The notes beneath the pieces were generated by a model. That model made no database searches. It had not been told where the DNA came from and saw only the letters and a list, made by a program, of their open reading frames with translations. This document shows positions 26,607 through 41,100 of a stretch of DNA of 64,000 nt, in pieces. Each line of letters starts with the position of its first letter. Within the stretch, counting starts at the first letter, position 1. Source of the DNA: Paraspadella gotoi (taxonomy: Eukaryota > Animalia > Chaetognatha); assembly GCA_051294375.1 (NCBI GenBank), contig CM119266.1:7147431-7211430 (forward strand), read 5' to 3'. Made by a program: the position numbers and the translations under genes.

Positions 26607-27542
26607 ATTTTTTTTCTTTTTGGATCGGAAGAAATAAAATGACAGCTTTTGAAGCGGTCGACTTTTTTCAGTCTATTTTCAGACTTTTCTTTTTCGACTG
26701 TCTTTTTTTCATTCTATTTTTTTTCTATTTTCGTAACTTTTCCTTTTTTCTATTTTTGTCTCCTCTTTTTAAATCTTTCTTTATTTTCTTTATTTTATTT
26801 CTCTTTCATTTTTTCTGTTTCTGCTTTTTCTAAGACTTTTTATTTTTCCTTCTTTTTCATTTCCTTTCTTTAAAAAAATTATCCATTCATTCAATAAATA
26901 AGCTATCTTGTTCCTGACTTTGTACAGGCTATAGCGGTTTTTAGGCCTCCAACACTCTTACAAGATAATGACATAGTTGGCTATCAATGAAGTGGTATAA
27001 TATTTCAAAGAATGTTTCAATTGTACATGAAAAGACCACTCATTATTCCTTAAGTATGAGTCTGGGGAATACTATATTGTGCTCTGCACTAGCATCAAAA
27101 TAAAAGGTGTTTTTTAGCCTTTTCTTTACATTTATATTCTTTTCTCTCTTCTCTTGAAATTGCAATTTAATTTCAATTCTATTTTTTCCTATCTTAAATA
27201 ATTTGTAAAAGTAAATTCAAAAGTTCAAATCATCATTTTGAATGTAATCTTTATTCTTTACACTTTCTCCCGTGATTAAAAACTTTTCCTTTTCCCTATC
27301 TCTTTCCATTTAAAACCTTTTCCCTTTTTATCTCTCCCTTTCCCCCCCCCCTCATCCATCCTTTTTTTTACATTCGTCCTCATCCAATCTTCCTTTCTTT
27401 TCCTTTACGTCTCTTTCAAGGTGACCCTTTTCAATGTGATCGTCCAGAGCCTCGTTTAACGTCTTCGTCTGGCGAACGAATTCTCTTTCGCGCTCCGATG
27501 CAAATTTACCCGATGGCAAACATCGCTTTTTTTTTCTGTACG

Positions 27543-27700
27543 AAGATGGCAAGCATCGTTATTTACAAGCTTCACTATTTTGCCGAGTAAAGATGGCAAG
27601 CATCGTTATTTACAAGCTTCACTATTTTGCCGAGTAAAGATGGCAAGCATCGTTATTTACAAGCTTCACTATTTTGCCGAGTAAAGATGGCAAGCATCGT
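27543..27700. repeat. 47-bp tandem repeat, ~3.3 copies
   Basis: AAGATGGCAAGCATCGTTATTTACAAGCTTCACTATTTTGCCGAGTA repeated exactly. Confidence 0.9.
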
Positions 27701-27901
27701 TTTTTTTACTCGACAAGCATTGTCATTTTTTTACATGAAGATGGCAATCCTTTTACCGATGATGTTACTGTGATTATAGCAATATTGGAATATTAACTTT
27801 GTTCAAAGTGTATTATTACATAGAAATCATTAACGGTGTGCTATAGCCTCATTTTTACTTCCTCCCTGCTTTCTCTTTGTTATGTATGAGAAAGAAGAGA
27901 G

Positions 27902-27965
<64 letters not shown>

Positions 27966-30015
27966 AGAGAAGACGATCTCTTAGGAATTTAACGAGAGGA
28001 AGATTTTCCGCTTTTAAATCGATTTCCTTCTCGCGATTTTATTTTTTGACTTCGAAACAAAAAAATAAAATTCGAGACAATCTTTTTTCAAGTTTTATAT
28101 ATATTTCTTTGTTTCTTTTTTTCTGCCTTCTTGCTTGATTATATCCTTTCCTTCTTTCTTTCTTTCTTTCTTTCTTTCTTTTTAAATCTAATTTGCATAT
28201 TTCAAAAATCACTCTGATTTTTTTTCCTTTAAAAATGTATTTGTTTTTGTCAAAATTGATAATTGTCTCTTTTAAAAAATTAGGTCAAAATTAAAAAAAG
28301 AATTGGAAAATTAAAAATTGTTTTATTCCGCCGAAAGTGGGCGCGGTCATCGTTGGCGACGGAATTCGGCGCGAAATTTAATTATACGGAATTTAAAAGT
28401 GATAAATCAAGTACATCAGGCTTTCATTATGCGAATTCATTAATAGTTTAAAACCATTCATAGTTGTCTCAACAGTATACGTACTATAAAAATATTGCGT
28501 TATGCTTTTTTTTGGTCATCTGTGACTTTTCGAATTCGATATTTTTTTCTTCTTAATTTTTTTTTCAGTTGCAAATTCTTAAATCACTTTTTGGTCGGTC
28601 AATCTTTTGGTCGTTAAGTCTGTTATTAACTCTATGATGTATCCTGCTGACATTTTATATAATCATAAGTCTGGTAATTAAAAAGCCATCATTTGACCGA
28701 AAATTTAATACAGCATAATCAATAAAATACTTAGTCAGTTTAATTAATATTTGGTAGACTGGGATGTTTCTTGTGCCTATGTTTTATATTTGTATTATTA
28801 TATAGCTTTTAAGTTTTGTAATCAGGAAGTCAATGCGGCATACATTGTATAAAACTTGGTAATCTTAAAATGAGTAATCTACCATAAGATGCTTGTCGTA
28901 TATATGCTTCATGTTTTTATAATCATCGGGAATTGCGTCCATACGAGAAATAAAAGTGACTGCGGGGCAACTTTACGGTTCCTTCTTTCTTATTTCTCAA
29001 CGAAGCGATTTACGGTTCGACGCCAGAATGAAAAGAAATTCCTCTTTTGCCAGAAAGAATATTTTATTGCGTTTTAAAAGAAAGTTTGCTCCCGGTGTCT
29101 TAATCGAATTGTAAAAATATGTTGATGTATTCATTTCAAAAATGGGGAAAAAAAGTAAATAAAAGTTAATAATTTATTCGCATAATTTAAAACCCGATAA
29201 ATTGAAAGCAGTCGGACAGAAAAATATTTCAGTTGACAGTCAACAAACATGTTCGTATCTTGCAAAAGAAAATGCTCTTAGTCTTAGTTTCTGAACTTGA
29301 GCGCGAAAATTACTCTGTTTACATCTGCCCTTAAAATACTCACTTTGCTCTTTGCCTCCCTCTGCTTTCCTTCTGCTAATTGTTCCTAACATCCTGTCTC
29401 GGTCAAGATTTAAACTCACTTCACCAGATCTCACTCCTCACTCCTCACTCCTCGGGCAATCACGTCTTGGTGAGTCAATCTCCCTTCAAACTTACCCTCG
29501 AGGGAAATCACCGGCGGACGTGAGTTTCGTTCACTGCAGCCAATTTCGTTGCTTGCATCGGTGATGCAAGCAACGGCTTGATTTGACGGACAACAAGCTA
29601 CGAATGCTTGTATCAGATTGAGGAAAGTCGGGAGTTGTTACACTAAAGCTTACATGATTGTGTATGAAATCATAAAGCTTGGAAATTTTAGTAAGCTAAG
29701 AAATTATCTGGGCGATTAAGTTTTATTCTTTACAATTACTTTCACCCTTAAGTCATTTAGCAAGATATCTTATACGTGTATAATAAATTGATAATTTTTT
29801 ATAAACTTTTTACATATTTATATCATTGTCTAATATTTTTCTATAATTTTCGTCCGCAGATCCTTCCCCTCTCACCCTCCGCCCCCCGAATTCAACTTTC
29901 CCTCGCCAGAGGAGGCGTCGTCCTCTTAAACTTTCGACGCGAACGATTTTCGAAAAAAACAAAAAACAAAAACTACAAAAACAAAAGAGAGAAAAAAAAC
30001 CAACAAAAGGACGCG

Positions 30016-32104
30016 ATGAATCTCTTGGGTCGCAACAGAGGTCGCGGCGGCGTCTTTTGTTTACTTTTCGTCGTCGTCGTCGTCGTCGTCGTCGCATTGT
30101 CGTCGACGGCCGAATCGCAAAAGACGGAGAAGGAGAAACTTCGGGCGAGACTCAGAGCATTTCTGAGAAATCGTAATCAAAACAAGCCGGCGCACGAGGA
30201 GGAGAATAGGGAGAGCTTTAAGGTGAGGGGGAAAGAGGGTAGGGGGGAGGGGGGGGATAAATGATGATGAGATGTGAAAGAGATGTAAAACATGTAAAAG
30301 ATTGAGATATTAAAGTTGTGAGGGATGTTAGAACTGTAGATGTCAAACATGTAAAAGATTGAGATATTAAAGTTGTAAGGGATGTTAGAACTGTAGATGT
30401 CAAACATGTAAAAGATTGAGATATTAAAGTTGTAAGGGATGTTAGAACTGTAGATGTCAAACATGTAAAAGATTGAGATATTAAAGTTGTAAGGGATGTT
30501 AGAACTGTAGATGTCAAACATGTAAAAGATTGAGATATTAAAGTTGTAAGGGATGTTAGAACTATAGATGTAAAAGATGTAGATGTAAAAGCTGTAAAGG
30601 ATGTTAGAACTGTGGATGTTCGAGGTATAGGATATGTGATTGATGTGAGACAAGTAGACGTAAAAGATTTAAAACGAAAGAGCAATGATCCAGATAAAAT
30701 TGAAGAGAAAAAAGAGTGAGGCAGAGGTTAGTCAAAGGTAAGTTAAGAAAAGTAAAGAAATAAAAGGAGACCGGGAGAAGAAAGAGATTTAAAAATAAAA
30801 AAAAGGAGAAAATTATTTGAAGAAAAGAAAAGAAAATAAAGAAAAAGGAAAGAAAATAAAAGAAATGAAAGAAAAGAAAGGAAAGAAAATAAAGAAAAGG
30901 AAAGAAAAAAAAAGAAAAGGAAAAAATAAAAGGAAAGGAAAGAAGAAACTGAAGTCGAACAGAAATGACACTAGTGAAAAAAAAGAAATAAAAAAAGACT
31001 TTTTAACAATAAATGGGCAGATGGTCGTTGCAATTCTTGTCTTTGTTGGTTTCGTCGTTAGACAATGTTTTGACGACGGACAAAGAGATAGGGAGATTTT
31101 GGTCAAAGTGGTCAGTTTGGTCTTTGGTCTCGTTGAAACCAAATCAAAACAAAAACGAAAATTTGCCCTAGGGAAAAAAGAGCAGACTTGTCAAGTGGTC
31201 AGGTGGTCAAGTGGTTAGGTGGTCAAGTGGTCAAGAGGTCATGGTGTAAAGTGACTCCACTTTAGCTCTTAATCCAACTTTGCATTTCCACCAATTCTAC
31301 CATCAAAACTTTCATCAAAATATCGATTTCTTTAATTTCAAATTTTGATTCTTTTTTTTTTTTCAACAATTAGTCATTTATCTCCCGTTTTCCTTCCTCC
31401 TAATCCCCATTTAATGATTTATCTACCATTCTCCTTCTCGCTTTCCACTTATTCTTCCCGTTCTCCTTTCTCCTCCCCATATTCATTTATATCTCTGTTC
31501 TCCTTTATTTTATTTCTCATTCTCCTTCCGCCTTTTCATCTTTACTTCGCTTACCACTTATCACTTATCACTTATCATCATTCTCTTACCTTCTTTGTTC
31601 TCTCCCATTAATCATCCCCCTTTACCTCTTTCCTTCACTTATAACCACATTCTCCTTCCTCCCTCTTACCTATTCTTCATCCATCTCCCGTTCTCCTTTC
31701 CCTTCTCTTTCCCCCTCGCCAAACTCATTAGGATCCCCCTCCCTTACCTCAGCCCTTCCTCCTCCCAAATTCCCCCTCGGTCTATCTACCCCTCCGCGCC
31801 AAGTTTCTCCACAGAGCGGACAAGAAGGACAGGGCTTCAAAGGTTGGGTCAAACCACCGACTTGAAGAAAGAAGAAAAGCTGGACGACGTGGCCGCCACC
31901 CGAGCCCAACCGCCGAGCCAATCACCACCACCACGACCACGTCCCCAACCACGCCAACGACGACCACAACCACGCCAACGACCACAACGACGACGACCGG
32001 ACCACAAACGCGTTGCCGACGACGAACGGACAACTCCGACGACGACGACTACTATACGACGAACCGACGAAACGACGACGACGAGGCGAACGAACGACCA
32101 GGAG

Positions 32105-32139
<35 letters not shown>

Positions 32140-35100
32140 CGACGCCGACGAGGCGACGTCCGTCTGTCAACGAACTGAGGTGAATTTAGAATTAAAAAGG
32201 GAATTAAGGGGACTGTCTGTCTGTCTGTCTGTCTGTCTGTCAGTCTCTAGATTTCTGACCAAGAGTTTGCTTGACCTCTCTGTGAGTTATTTAAAATGAC
32301 TGTTTAAATGTTCATTGTTCAATATCACAATTATTCAGCCTGCCTCTCGTTTCGTTAATATGACTGGATTTATATCCTTTTTTTTATTTTTTTGCTTTTC
32401 GTCTGTCAGTCTCTTTGTCTGAATGATGTGAATCTGAGGAGGTAATTTATATCCGTCTGTCCGTCTTTTAGTTTCTCTCTTCGTTGAGTCGCATCATTGA
32501 AATCTACGTAATACTAATAGAAATTAGTAAATGAACCTAATATTGTTGGCCATTTATCAATAATCACGTTAGGCTATAAATTTGGTACAACCAATATAAA
32601 TAAACTATCTTGTCGCGAACTTAGGACAGGCTATGGTGGGTTAGGGATTTCATCCCTTTTACAAAATAATAACAGTTTTAAATCAAGAATCTATCCCAGT
32701 CTAGTTTATTCACTCCAATAAACTTACTATTACTACAACGGTCGAGTAAAGAATAGCAATGGAATTTTAATTGACACGAAGTACCCAAAGCAGATTATGC
32801 ATACGATGTATACAGTAGGGTGGAGTGATGAAAAGATTGAGTGATTGAATCATTATTTTTGCTACCTATGGACATTATTAGATATAAATTTAATCTTATC
32901 CTTTTAAAAAAATTTTTATTGCATAACAGTATAGCAAATTCAATTATTATTAGTAATATCCTTAAAAAACTGTTCAAATTTTAAAATAATTTATTTTTAT
33001 TTTTAAGAACTGATTGGATTCGCTGTAAAAAACTAAGAAACTTTATAAAATTATCTATATGATATTTTAATGTTTAGACACACACCAAAACAATGAGTAA
33101 AACGGTTTAACAGATATATAAAGTTTGCTACTTAACAGAGTAAAAAAAAAGTTAAGGAATTTTCCACCTTTTCTTATTTTAAAGAACATTGAACGACTGA
33201 ACCGAGATTTTTGAGTAACATGTTTTTATGTTTGATTCAACTCTTATTTATGAAAGAATCTGAATCTTGTAATAAAAGTTTTATAAAAATATTTTTAAAA
33301 TTCACTTATTTTTACATGGATATTACTAAAGATATATTATATCTTTCAACTATTCTGCTTCCCGAGATAATATGACTCAATATAATATTTTTTGTAGTGT
33401 GTACGTTCAATCCATACGTTCTCACAAGTCTATCATAATCAATTTTCGATCATTCAAATAAATTTTTTGTTCTTGAGTGCTCCACTCTAGTATACAGTCT
33501 AGTCATACAAGAACAATGCATTGTTTCGAATTTAATAATGAGAGAAAAAGAAAGATGACTTCCTTCTTATTCTTCTCTTTCTTCTTCCTCCTCTTCCTCC
33601 TCACTCCTCCACCATCGACCTGAGGAATCGGCGCATCTCCTCTCGATAACCGCGAACTTCTTTCGTCAACGACTCCATCTTCTTCGCGAGGTCGGCGTCT
33701 GCGGGGGAGAGAGAGGAGCGTTTGATGAGAAATAGGAGTTGAAAAGGGTCTTGAGAGAGAGAGACGGGAAAGAGGAGCTATAGGAGCGAAGAAAGAGGAA
33801 AGGATTAGCATTTGTAGAGAATGAGGAGTCGAAGGGTCTTAGGAAAGAGGAGCTGAGAAAAGAGGAGCAATATTCAGTGAATATTATTCCCTCCTGCGTT
33901 GAAATCTTAGTCGAAAATGGCAATATTGTCTTTCAAAATTTTTCACCTACGAATTTTAATTCTAAATTTGGCGCCACGTTCTCTTTAAAAAAATCTGCCA
34001 TCACCACTACAACAGCCGTCCATCGCAGCCTACATCACCGCTACATCACTTCTCCAGCACCACTACATCACCTCGTCTGAATGATCGCATCTCGAACTCA
34101 TTCGTTCTTCGTCGTTCGTCTCTGATTTGATCGATTCTTCTTTCGTCTCTCGATCTTTCTCTCGGTCGCTCCGCGTTGCAATCCGCCACTGGAAATTGGA
34201 AAAAAATAACAAAAGATATAAATATAGTATATAATATAAACATATATTTTTATAACTTGAATTGTTTTATCAAACCTTATACAAAAACGCTCATAATTAG
34301 CATTTAAAAATATATATGCATCGCGTGAGAAAGATTGTAAACTTTTAAGAAAATTTTAGAATTCGGTAAGTAAATTACTCACCTCAGTGTTATCTATATC
34401 GTTTAGCATGGATAAAATAAAAACTAGACGTTAATTCCACAACATATACAATACATATATACTTAGTAATAGCCAGCAAAATTACTCACCCAAAACTAGA
34501 GCCACGATGGCGAGAACAATGGCCGTCTTCATTTTTGAAAAAAAATTGGAATCGGACAAATAAAATGTCACCAAAAAAAGTTACAAATGCCGAAAATCTT
34601 GTTTTGGAAGAAAATTTATAAATGCTGAGACTCGTCTTTCAAAGTCCGGCTACCAAACGGAGTTTTGGAAGGGACCTCCTCTTTTATATTCCTCGTCAAC
34701 CTTGAAATAATTGTTTTGCCGCAAAGTTAAGCAAAGGTGAGGCGACGATAAAAAAACCTCGTCGAGTTCGTCGTAGCGAGGGACGGTCGTCGAAGAGTCG
34801 AGCGACATAGGCTGTGGTGCGCGGGGTACTTTGTCGCAGTTGCGCGGAGGTCGTGGCTGGCGTGGCGCCAACCGTTGGCGCGCCAATCCCGATGAGCCTG
34901 TGAAAGGAGGAGGAGGAAGCAAAAGGTTTTCAGAAAAAGACTTTCCGAAAAACGTGAGAATATGAATGAAGAATTTTTTACACATAGTTAACAGCGGTGA
35001 CGCAAATAAACTAGAATTAAAAGGAGAAGGTATTTTGCGGTTCGTGCGAACATTCGATTTCATAAAATTCGAAATTGTAGTAGAAATAATATTATTCAAT

Positions 35101-38100
35101 TATATTACCTGATAATTTATATATATAAAAAAAATATTCTTAAAAGCAATAAGGATCGAGCCTGCTTTTTGATGATAACCAAAATTGATGCGATGATAAC
35201 CAAATATTGATTGCGATGATGAACCAAATATTGATGCAGATGATAACAAAGGATGATGCGATGATAAACCAAATGATGGATGTTGATTGATAATCATTCA
35301 TTGATGCGATTGATTAATCATTCATTGTGATGCGATGATAGTCATTCATTGATGCGAGATAGTCATTCTATTGATGCGATGCTAGTCATTCATGACACGT
35401 GAGTTAATTAGGAGGAGAGAGAGTGAGATGAGAGAGAGAACATGAGAGAGAGAGAGATAGGAGAGAGAGAGCAGACAGAGAGTCGATTGAGAGAGAAATT
35501 ATAGAGAGAATAATAAAATAATAAATAAAAGTTTTTAGGAAAGAAAAAAATAAAAATGCCACGAAAATCTCGGAAATTAAATTTGGATTTTGTATTCAGA
35601 AAAAAGTGATAAAAATAAAATTGTTTTATTAGACTTTAATTTAGAGTGTGATTAAGCATTCAAATTAACTTTCTATTTATTTTTTTTTTCAATGAAATAA
35701 GACTTTAAGTCTTTTTGTCATCTAGTTCAAAAGAGAGCCTGAATCTCGTTTTTAAACGATTCAGCAAAAGGGCAGCGCCTGATCAAATATATATTTTTTT
35801 AAAAAAGAAAAATAATCAGAATTTTTTCAAAAAACGAAAGATCACGGCAAGAGAATCGTACAGAGAGAAACAGACGCACAACAGAGAGCAGACAAAGAGA
35901 AGAGACTGAGAGAGACTGAGATGAGACATGAGAGAGACTGAGAGAGACTGAGAGAGACTGAGAGAGACTGAGAGAGACTGAGAGAGACTGAGAGAGACTA
36001 GAGAGACTGAGAAAGACGGAGAGAGACCTGAAACTCGCGTTTAATACAAGTTCAGAAAAGGCAGGCCTTGGAAAAAAAAAATAAATAATAACAAATAAAT
36101 AAAAGAAAGGCAAAAAAAATTGTTACAATGTTACAATTGAAAAATTTTTACAAATTTTTTTCATCATTAGGTTGTTAACGATTTTATTTTTATTGTATTA
36201 AAATTAAAGAATAGCTCTCATTAAATAAATATTTTTGATTTTCCCATTTTTATTATAGATTTTAAAAAAATTGATGAATTTCATCTTCATATTATATACT
36301 GCAATATGTAAATTAGATTAAAGCATTCTGATATACTAATTTGGATATTTATAATGAGTACTTTAATCTCATTTGCATATTGCAGTAAATAATAATGAAG
36401 TGGAAACTCAAACAAATCCAAATGTAATACGAAAATATCAAAGCTATTCAAGATGAGAAGCCATATCTAAATTTTTAACTTACTATGATCGCACACTTTT
36501 TAAACGTTATCATTAATTCATAATAATTTTATTTTAAGAAAAAACGGTAAGTCCCACCAAACCTATAAAAGCGTAGTATGTTTTTATACAAAAACAGTGT
36601 GACGCCGACGTCGACGACGACGGACGACTACGTCTCAAAGAAGCAATCCTAAAACCATTATAGAGCCAGGACCATGCGAGCCTGTACCTTGATAAACCTT
36701 AGCCTAAACGAAGGATTTAAAAAAGGTCACCTTATTTCACTTGACCACGAAACGATGTGGCAAACGATCTGGCAAACGACTGTGGCAAACGATGTGGGCA
36801 AACACAGAAAATTCTTTATCCTCACTTTGCCCCGTTTTTGGTTTTAATTATACATTTTTTTTCCATTTTCTTGTCTAACGCAGAAAACGCATTGATCATT
36901 TAGCTTTTGTCGTTTGTCTCGTTTGTCTCTTTCATTTTTTTTCCTAATCCTCTTGCGCACGGTATTTAAAATGTTGTTTTTTTCTATGACTACTTTTCTT
37001 ACCAATTACATTACTGTCCAGAACTATTCTCGAAGATTTATCATATTAAAACTGATCGTGGTGGATCAATTAAAAAAACTCTTGATTAACAATCACGTTC
37101 GAATTCCTTCAAGTTCTTAATTCTTAACCACGCATTTTTAGTTGACGCCGCGAGTTTTCGTGGAGCAAACTCTATAAGTTTCACTTTTCAGTCGGTCCGT
37201 CGTTAGGCCGTCGGTGGATCGATAAACGTTATCTGTTTTTATAGAGATAGGAGAAATGATTGACGTTTTTTTATTTTATTTAATCTGATCTTTATTAACA
37301 ACCTGAAATTTTATCCAAGATTACAGTATAAATATTTTCAGCTTTATGACCTGTATTAAGTCAGAAGACAGTTACTTTATAAGAGATATACTCTCAAGCC
37401 TTTTGGCCAGCATTTAAGCATCAAAATTTGGGGCTAAAATGATTATTGAAAGGACAGATCTGGCGTGCGCTGACCATATAATAAATATTATTTGTTTGGA
37501 ATAAAAACTTTTATTAGTAGGTAAGAAACTGAATCATCTTAAAAAGAATCATCTTTTCTAGGATGAAGTGATAATTTTTTTCTTGGGACAAAGATTGTTC
37601 AACATGTTCCGTTAGGCATTTTAGGCATGCTTTAAACCCTTTTTTATCAATATTTGGCATTTAAAAAACGTCAATATTTTTTTTATCAAATAATGTTAAC
37701 AAAACAAAATTTTTAATGATTTGTGAGGCCAATCGCATTGGGCTCACGGGGTTATCTTGACCCTGACTTCGGATAATCTAGGATAGGTTGAAATCCTCTT
37801 TACAAGATCGTGACATATCTTTAAGTCAAAAACTCTCTCATCTAGTTTATATTCACTACCGAACACAGGGCGTGTATATGTTTTTCTATTGAACTTTTTG
37901 AACTGATAAAAACACTCCCTTAAGTTGTAATTGAGATCTCCCCACATGCGATCACCTTACGAGAAAGTTAACTCGGCGCAATTCCTTTAAATTATTTTCC
38001 TCTTTCGACACACCATTTTTTTATTCTGGCTACACAGTTTTTACCTGTTTTTCTTTCTCAATTTCTGTCGCATTGATTTTTTTTTGCAAGTAAATAACAC

Positions 38101-41100
38101 GTGAGTCGTTAACGTTTTTCATTATTTAAAACTTGCTACTTTAATCTTTTGTTAAAATCGTTTTAACAAGAATTTCGTAGGTATGAATAAGTGCATAACG
38201 CATTCGCTTCATTTCTTGCTTTCTAAATCCCTGAAAATTAATTTTAAGCTTTATTATCAGTTTCTCTACTCAAGCTTATATCAAAATATTTCCTCTTCTC
38301 AAATTTTTTAACCGCATAATCTTAATAATCAATTCCTAATCTGACCTTATCCTTGTAACTAAAAATTATTATCTAATTTTCAAATTTGCATCTAAAATAT
38401 AGCGGGGAACAATTCGAATGTTAGGGTGTTCGCTCAAGAACCAAAATGTTAGGGTGTGCTCAAAGAACCAAAAATTCGAATCTTTGCTCCAGAAACGAGA
38501 GACACGTTTCCTTGGCGAAAATAATTTTTCCTGCTTCATAAAATGAGTCAATGTTGGTACTTATGACATTCTCAGAACTGGCGAAATTAGTGGCAATAAG
38601 CTTTTTAGCTTTGTTAGCTTGGGTCCATTAGAAAATTATGGAAAAGTGCATCTATCAGTTAGTAATAGCATCGGCAAGCTTTAATGGTACTTTCAGAATT
38701 TGCTTATTGGACGGTATTAGTATTTGCCGTATTTGCCGTATTGATGGAATAGGTGGATTTGTTGCATTTGCCGCCCGTGCATTCATTTGCCGCCATTGAT
38801 GGATAAGTTACATTTATCTGCATTTGCATTTGGCATGTGATCCTAGATACAATATGTCTCCGCGTTGACGGGTTTTCTTAAAAACACAAGGTCATCGACC
38901 AATTAATGCCAATCAATCTCGGCCTCCTAAATCAGGTACTTTGTGCTTCTTTCTGCATAAAACATGAGATAAAAAAACACCCTTAGCGACTTCGATTCAG
39001 CCTCAGTGACCATATGCACGAGAAAAGACGGCCGACAACCAACCCGCCGACCGACCGACGGACCCGGACCGGACCGACCTGACCGACCGACCGACGACCG
39101 ACCGACCCGACCGACCGACCGCCGGACCATGCCGACCGACGAACCGACGACGAACATCCGACCGCAATGACGAGAAAGACGACGACCGATCGCGGCGGTC
39201 ACGTTATTTATCCAATCTTCCACGTGGATCCTTAAATCAAAGTCACGTTGCGGCGACGAGTGCTGCGAAACAGTTGTTTTGTTTTGTTTGTTTTTTTTCT
39301 GTTTTTTTGTTTTTTTTTTGNNNNNNNNNNNNNNNNNNNNNNNNNAAAAACAAACTGGTTTCGCCAACTCGTCCGCCGCAACGTGACTTTGATTTAAGGA
39401 TCCACGTGAAGATTGGATAAATACGTGACCGCCCGTCGATCCGATTCGCGGCTCGGTCGGTAATTTCTCGTCCATTGTGTCGGTCGGGTCGGATCGGGTC
39501 TGGTCGGTCGGTCGTCGGCGTCGCGCGTCGTGTCGGTCGTCGGTCGGTCGGTCGGTCGGTCGGTGCGTGCGGGTCGGTCGGTCGGACTCGGCGGTCGATC
39601 CGGCCGCTCGTCATGGTCGGGTATCCGTCGGTCGTCTTCGGTCCGTCGCGTTCGGTCGGCGGGTCGGTCCGCGTCGGTCGGTCGGTCGGTTCGGTCGGTC
39701 GGTCGGTCGAGTGCGGAGGCGGTCGCGTCGGTCGATCCGGTCGGCTCAGGACGGTCGGCACTCGGTGTCGGTTCCGGCTATAATCCTCGGCTCGGCATTC
39801 GGCGGTCGGTCGGTCGCTTCGGTCGGCGTCACGGTCGGTCGGCTCGGTTCTCGTCGGTCGGTCGGTCGGGTCGGCCGGTTGAGTGTCGGTCAGGTCTTTC
39901 TCGTCATTGGGTCACGAGGCTGAAGAAGTCGCTACAGGGTGTTTTTTATTCTTTTTATCAGAAAGAAGCACAAGTACCGATTTAGGAGGCCGAGATTGTT
40001 GGCTTAATTGGTCGATGACCTTGTGTTTAAGAAAACCGTCAACCGGAGACATATTGTTATCAGGATCACATGCAAATGCAAATGCAGTAAATGCTACTTA
40101 TCCCATCAATGCGGCAAATGATGCAGGGCGGCAAATGCAACAAATGCCACCTATTCCATCAATACGGCAAATACCGCAAATACTAATACCGTCAATACAG
40201 CAAATTCTGAAAGTACCATTAAAGCTGCCGATGCTAATTCTAAACTGATAATGCCACTTTTCCATAATTCCATAATGCACAAGCTAACAAAGCTAAAAAG
40301 CTTATTGCCACTAATTTCGCCAGTTCTGAGAATGTCATAAGTACCAACATTGACTCATTTTAATGAAGCAGGAAAATTATTTTCGCCAGGAAAACGTGTC
40401 TCTCGTTTCTGAGCAAAGATTCGAATTTTTGTTCTTGAGCCACACCCTAACATTTTGGTTCTTGAGCGACACCCTAACATTCCGAATTGTTCCCCGCTAT
40501 ATTTTAGATGCAATTTTGAATTAGATATAATTTTTAGGTTACAAGGATTAGGTCAAGGATTAGGAATGATTATTAAGATTTGCGTTAAAAAATTTGAGAA
40601 GAGGAAATATTTTGATAATAAGGCTTGAGGTAGAAAATGATAATAAAGCTTAAAATTAATTTCAGGGATTTAGAAGCAGAAATGAAGCGAATGCGGTTAT
40701 GCACTTATTCATACCTACGAAATTCTTGCTTAAAACGATTTTAACAAAGATTAAATACAAGTTTTAAATAATGAAAACGTTAACGACTCACGTGTTATTT
40801 ACTTCAAAAAAAAATCATGCGACAGAATTGAGAAAGAAAAACAGGAAAAACTGTGTAGCCAGAATAAAAAAAATGGTTTGTGTCGAAAGAGGAATAATAA
40901 TTTCAAGGAATTGCGCCGAGTTAACTTTCTCGTTAAGTGATCGCATGTGGGGAGATCTCATTACAACTTAAGGGGAGTGGTTCTTTTATCAGTTCAAAAA
41001 GTTCATAGAAACAGTATACACGCCCTGTGTTCTGGTAGTGAATATAAACTAGACTGAGAGAGTTTTGACTTAAAGATATGTCACGATCTTGTAAGAGGAT

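Noticed and set aside
30177-30685. Repetitive minus-strand ORFs of 155-158 aa
   Set aside because: They are open only because the 57-bp unit is a multiple of 3; intronic with no gene signals.
34650-35099. Minus-strand ORF containing YDELDE as a second CAP gene
   Set aside because: It is a truncated, frameshifted mirror of exon 3 within the inverted duplication.
38927-39985. Arg/Ser/Val/Gly or Pro/Thr/Asp-rich ORFs
   Set aside because: Translations of (GGTC)n microsatellite and N gaps.
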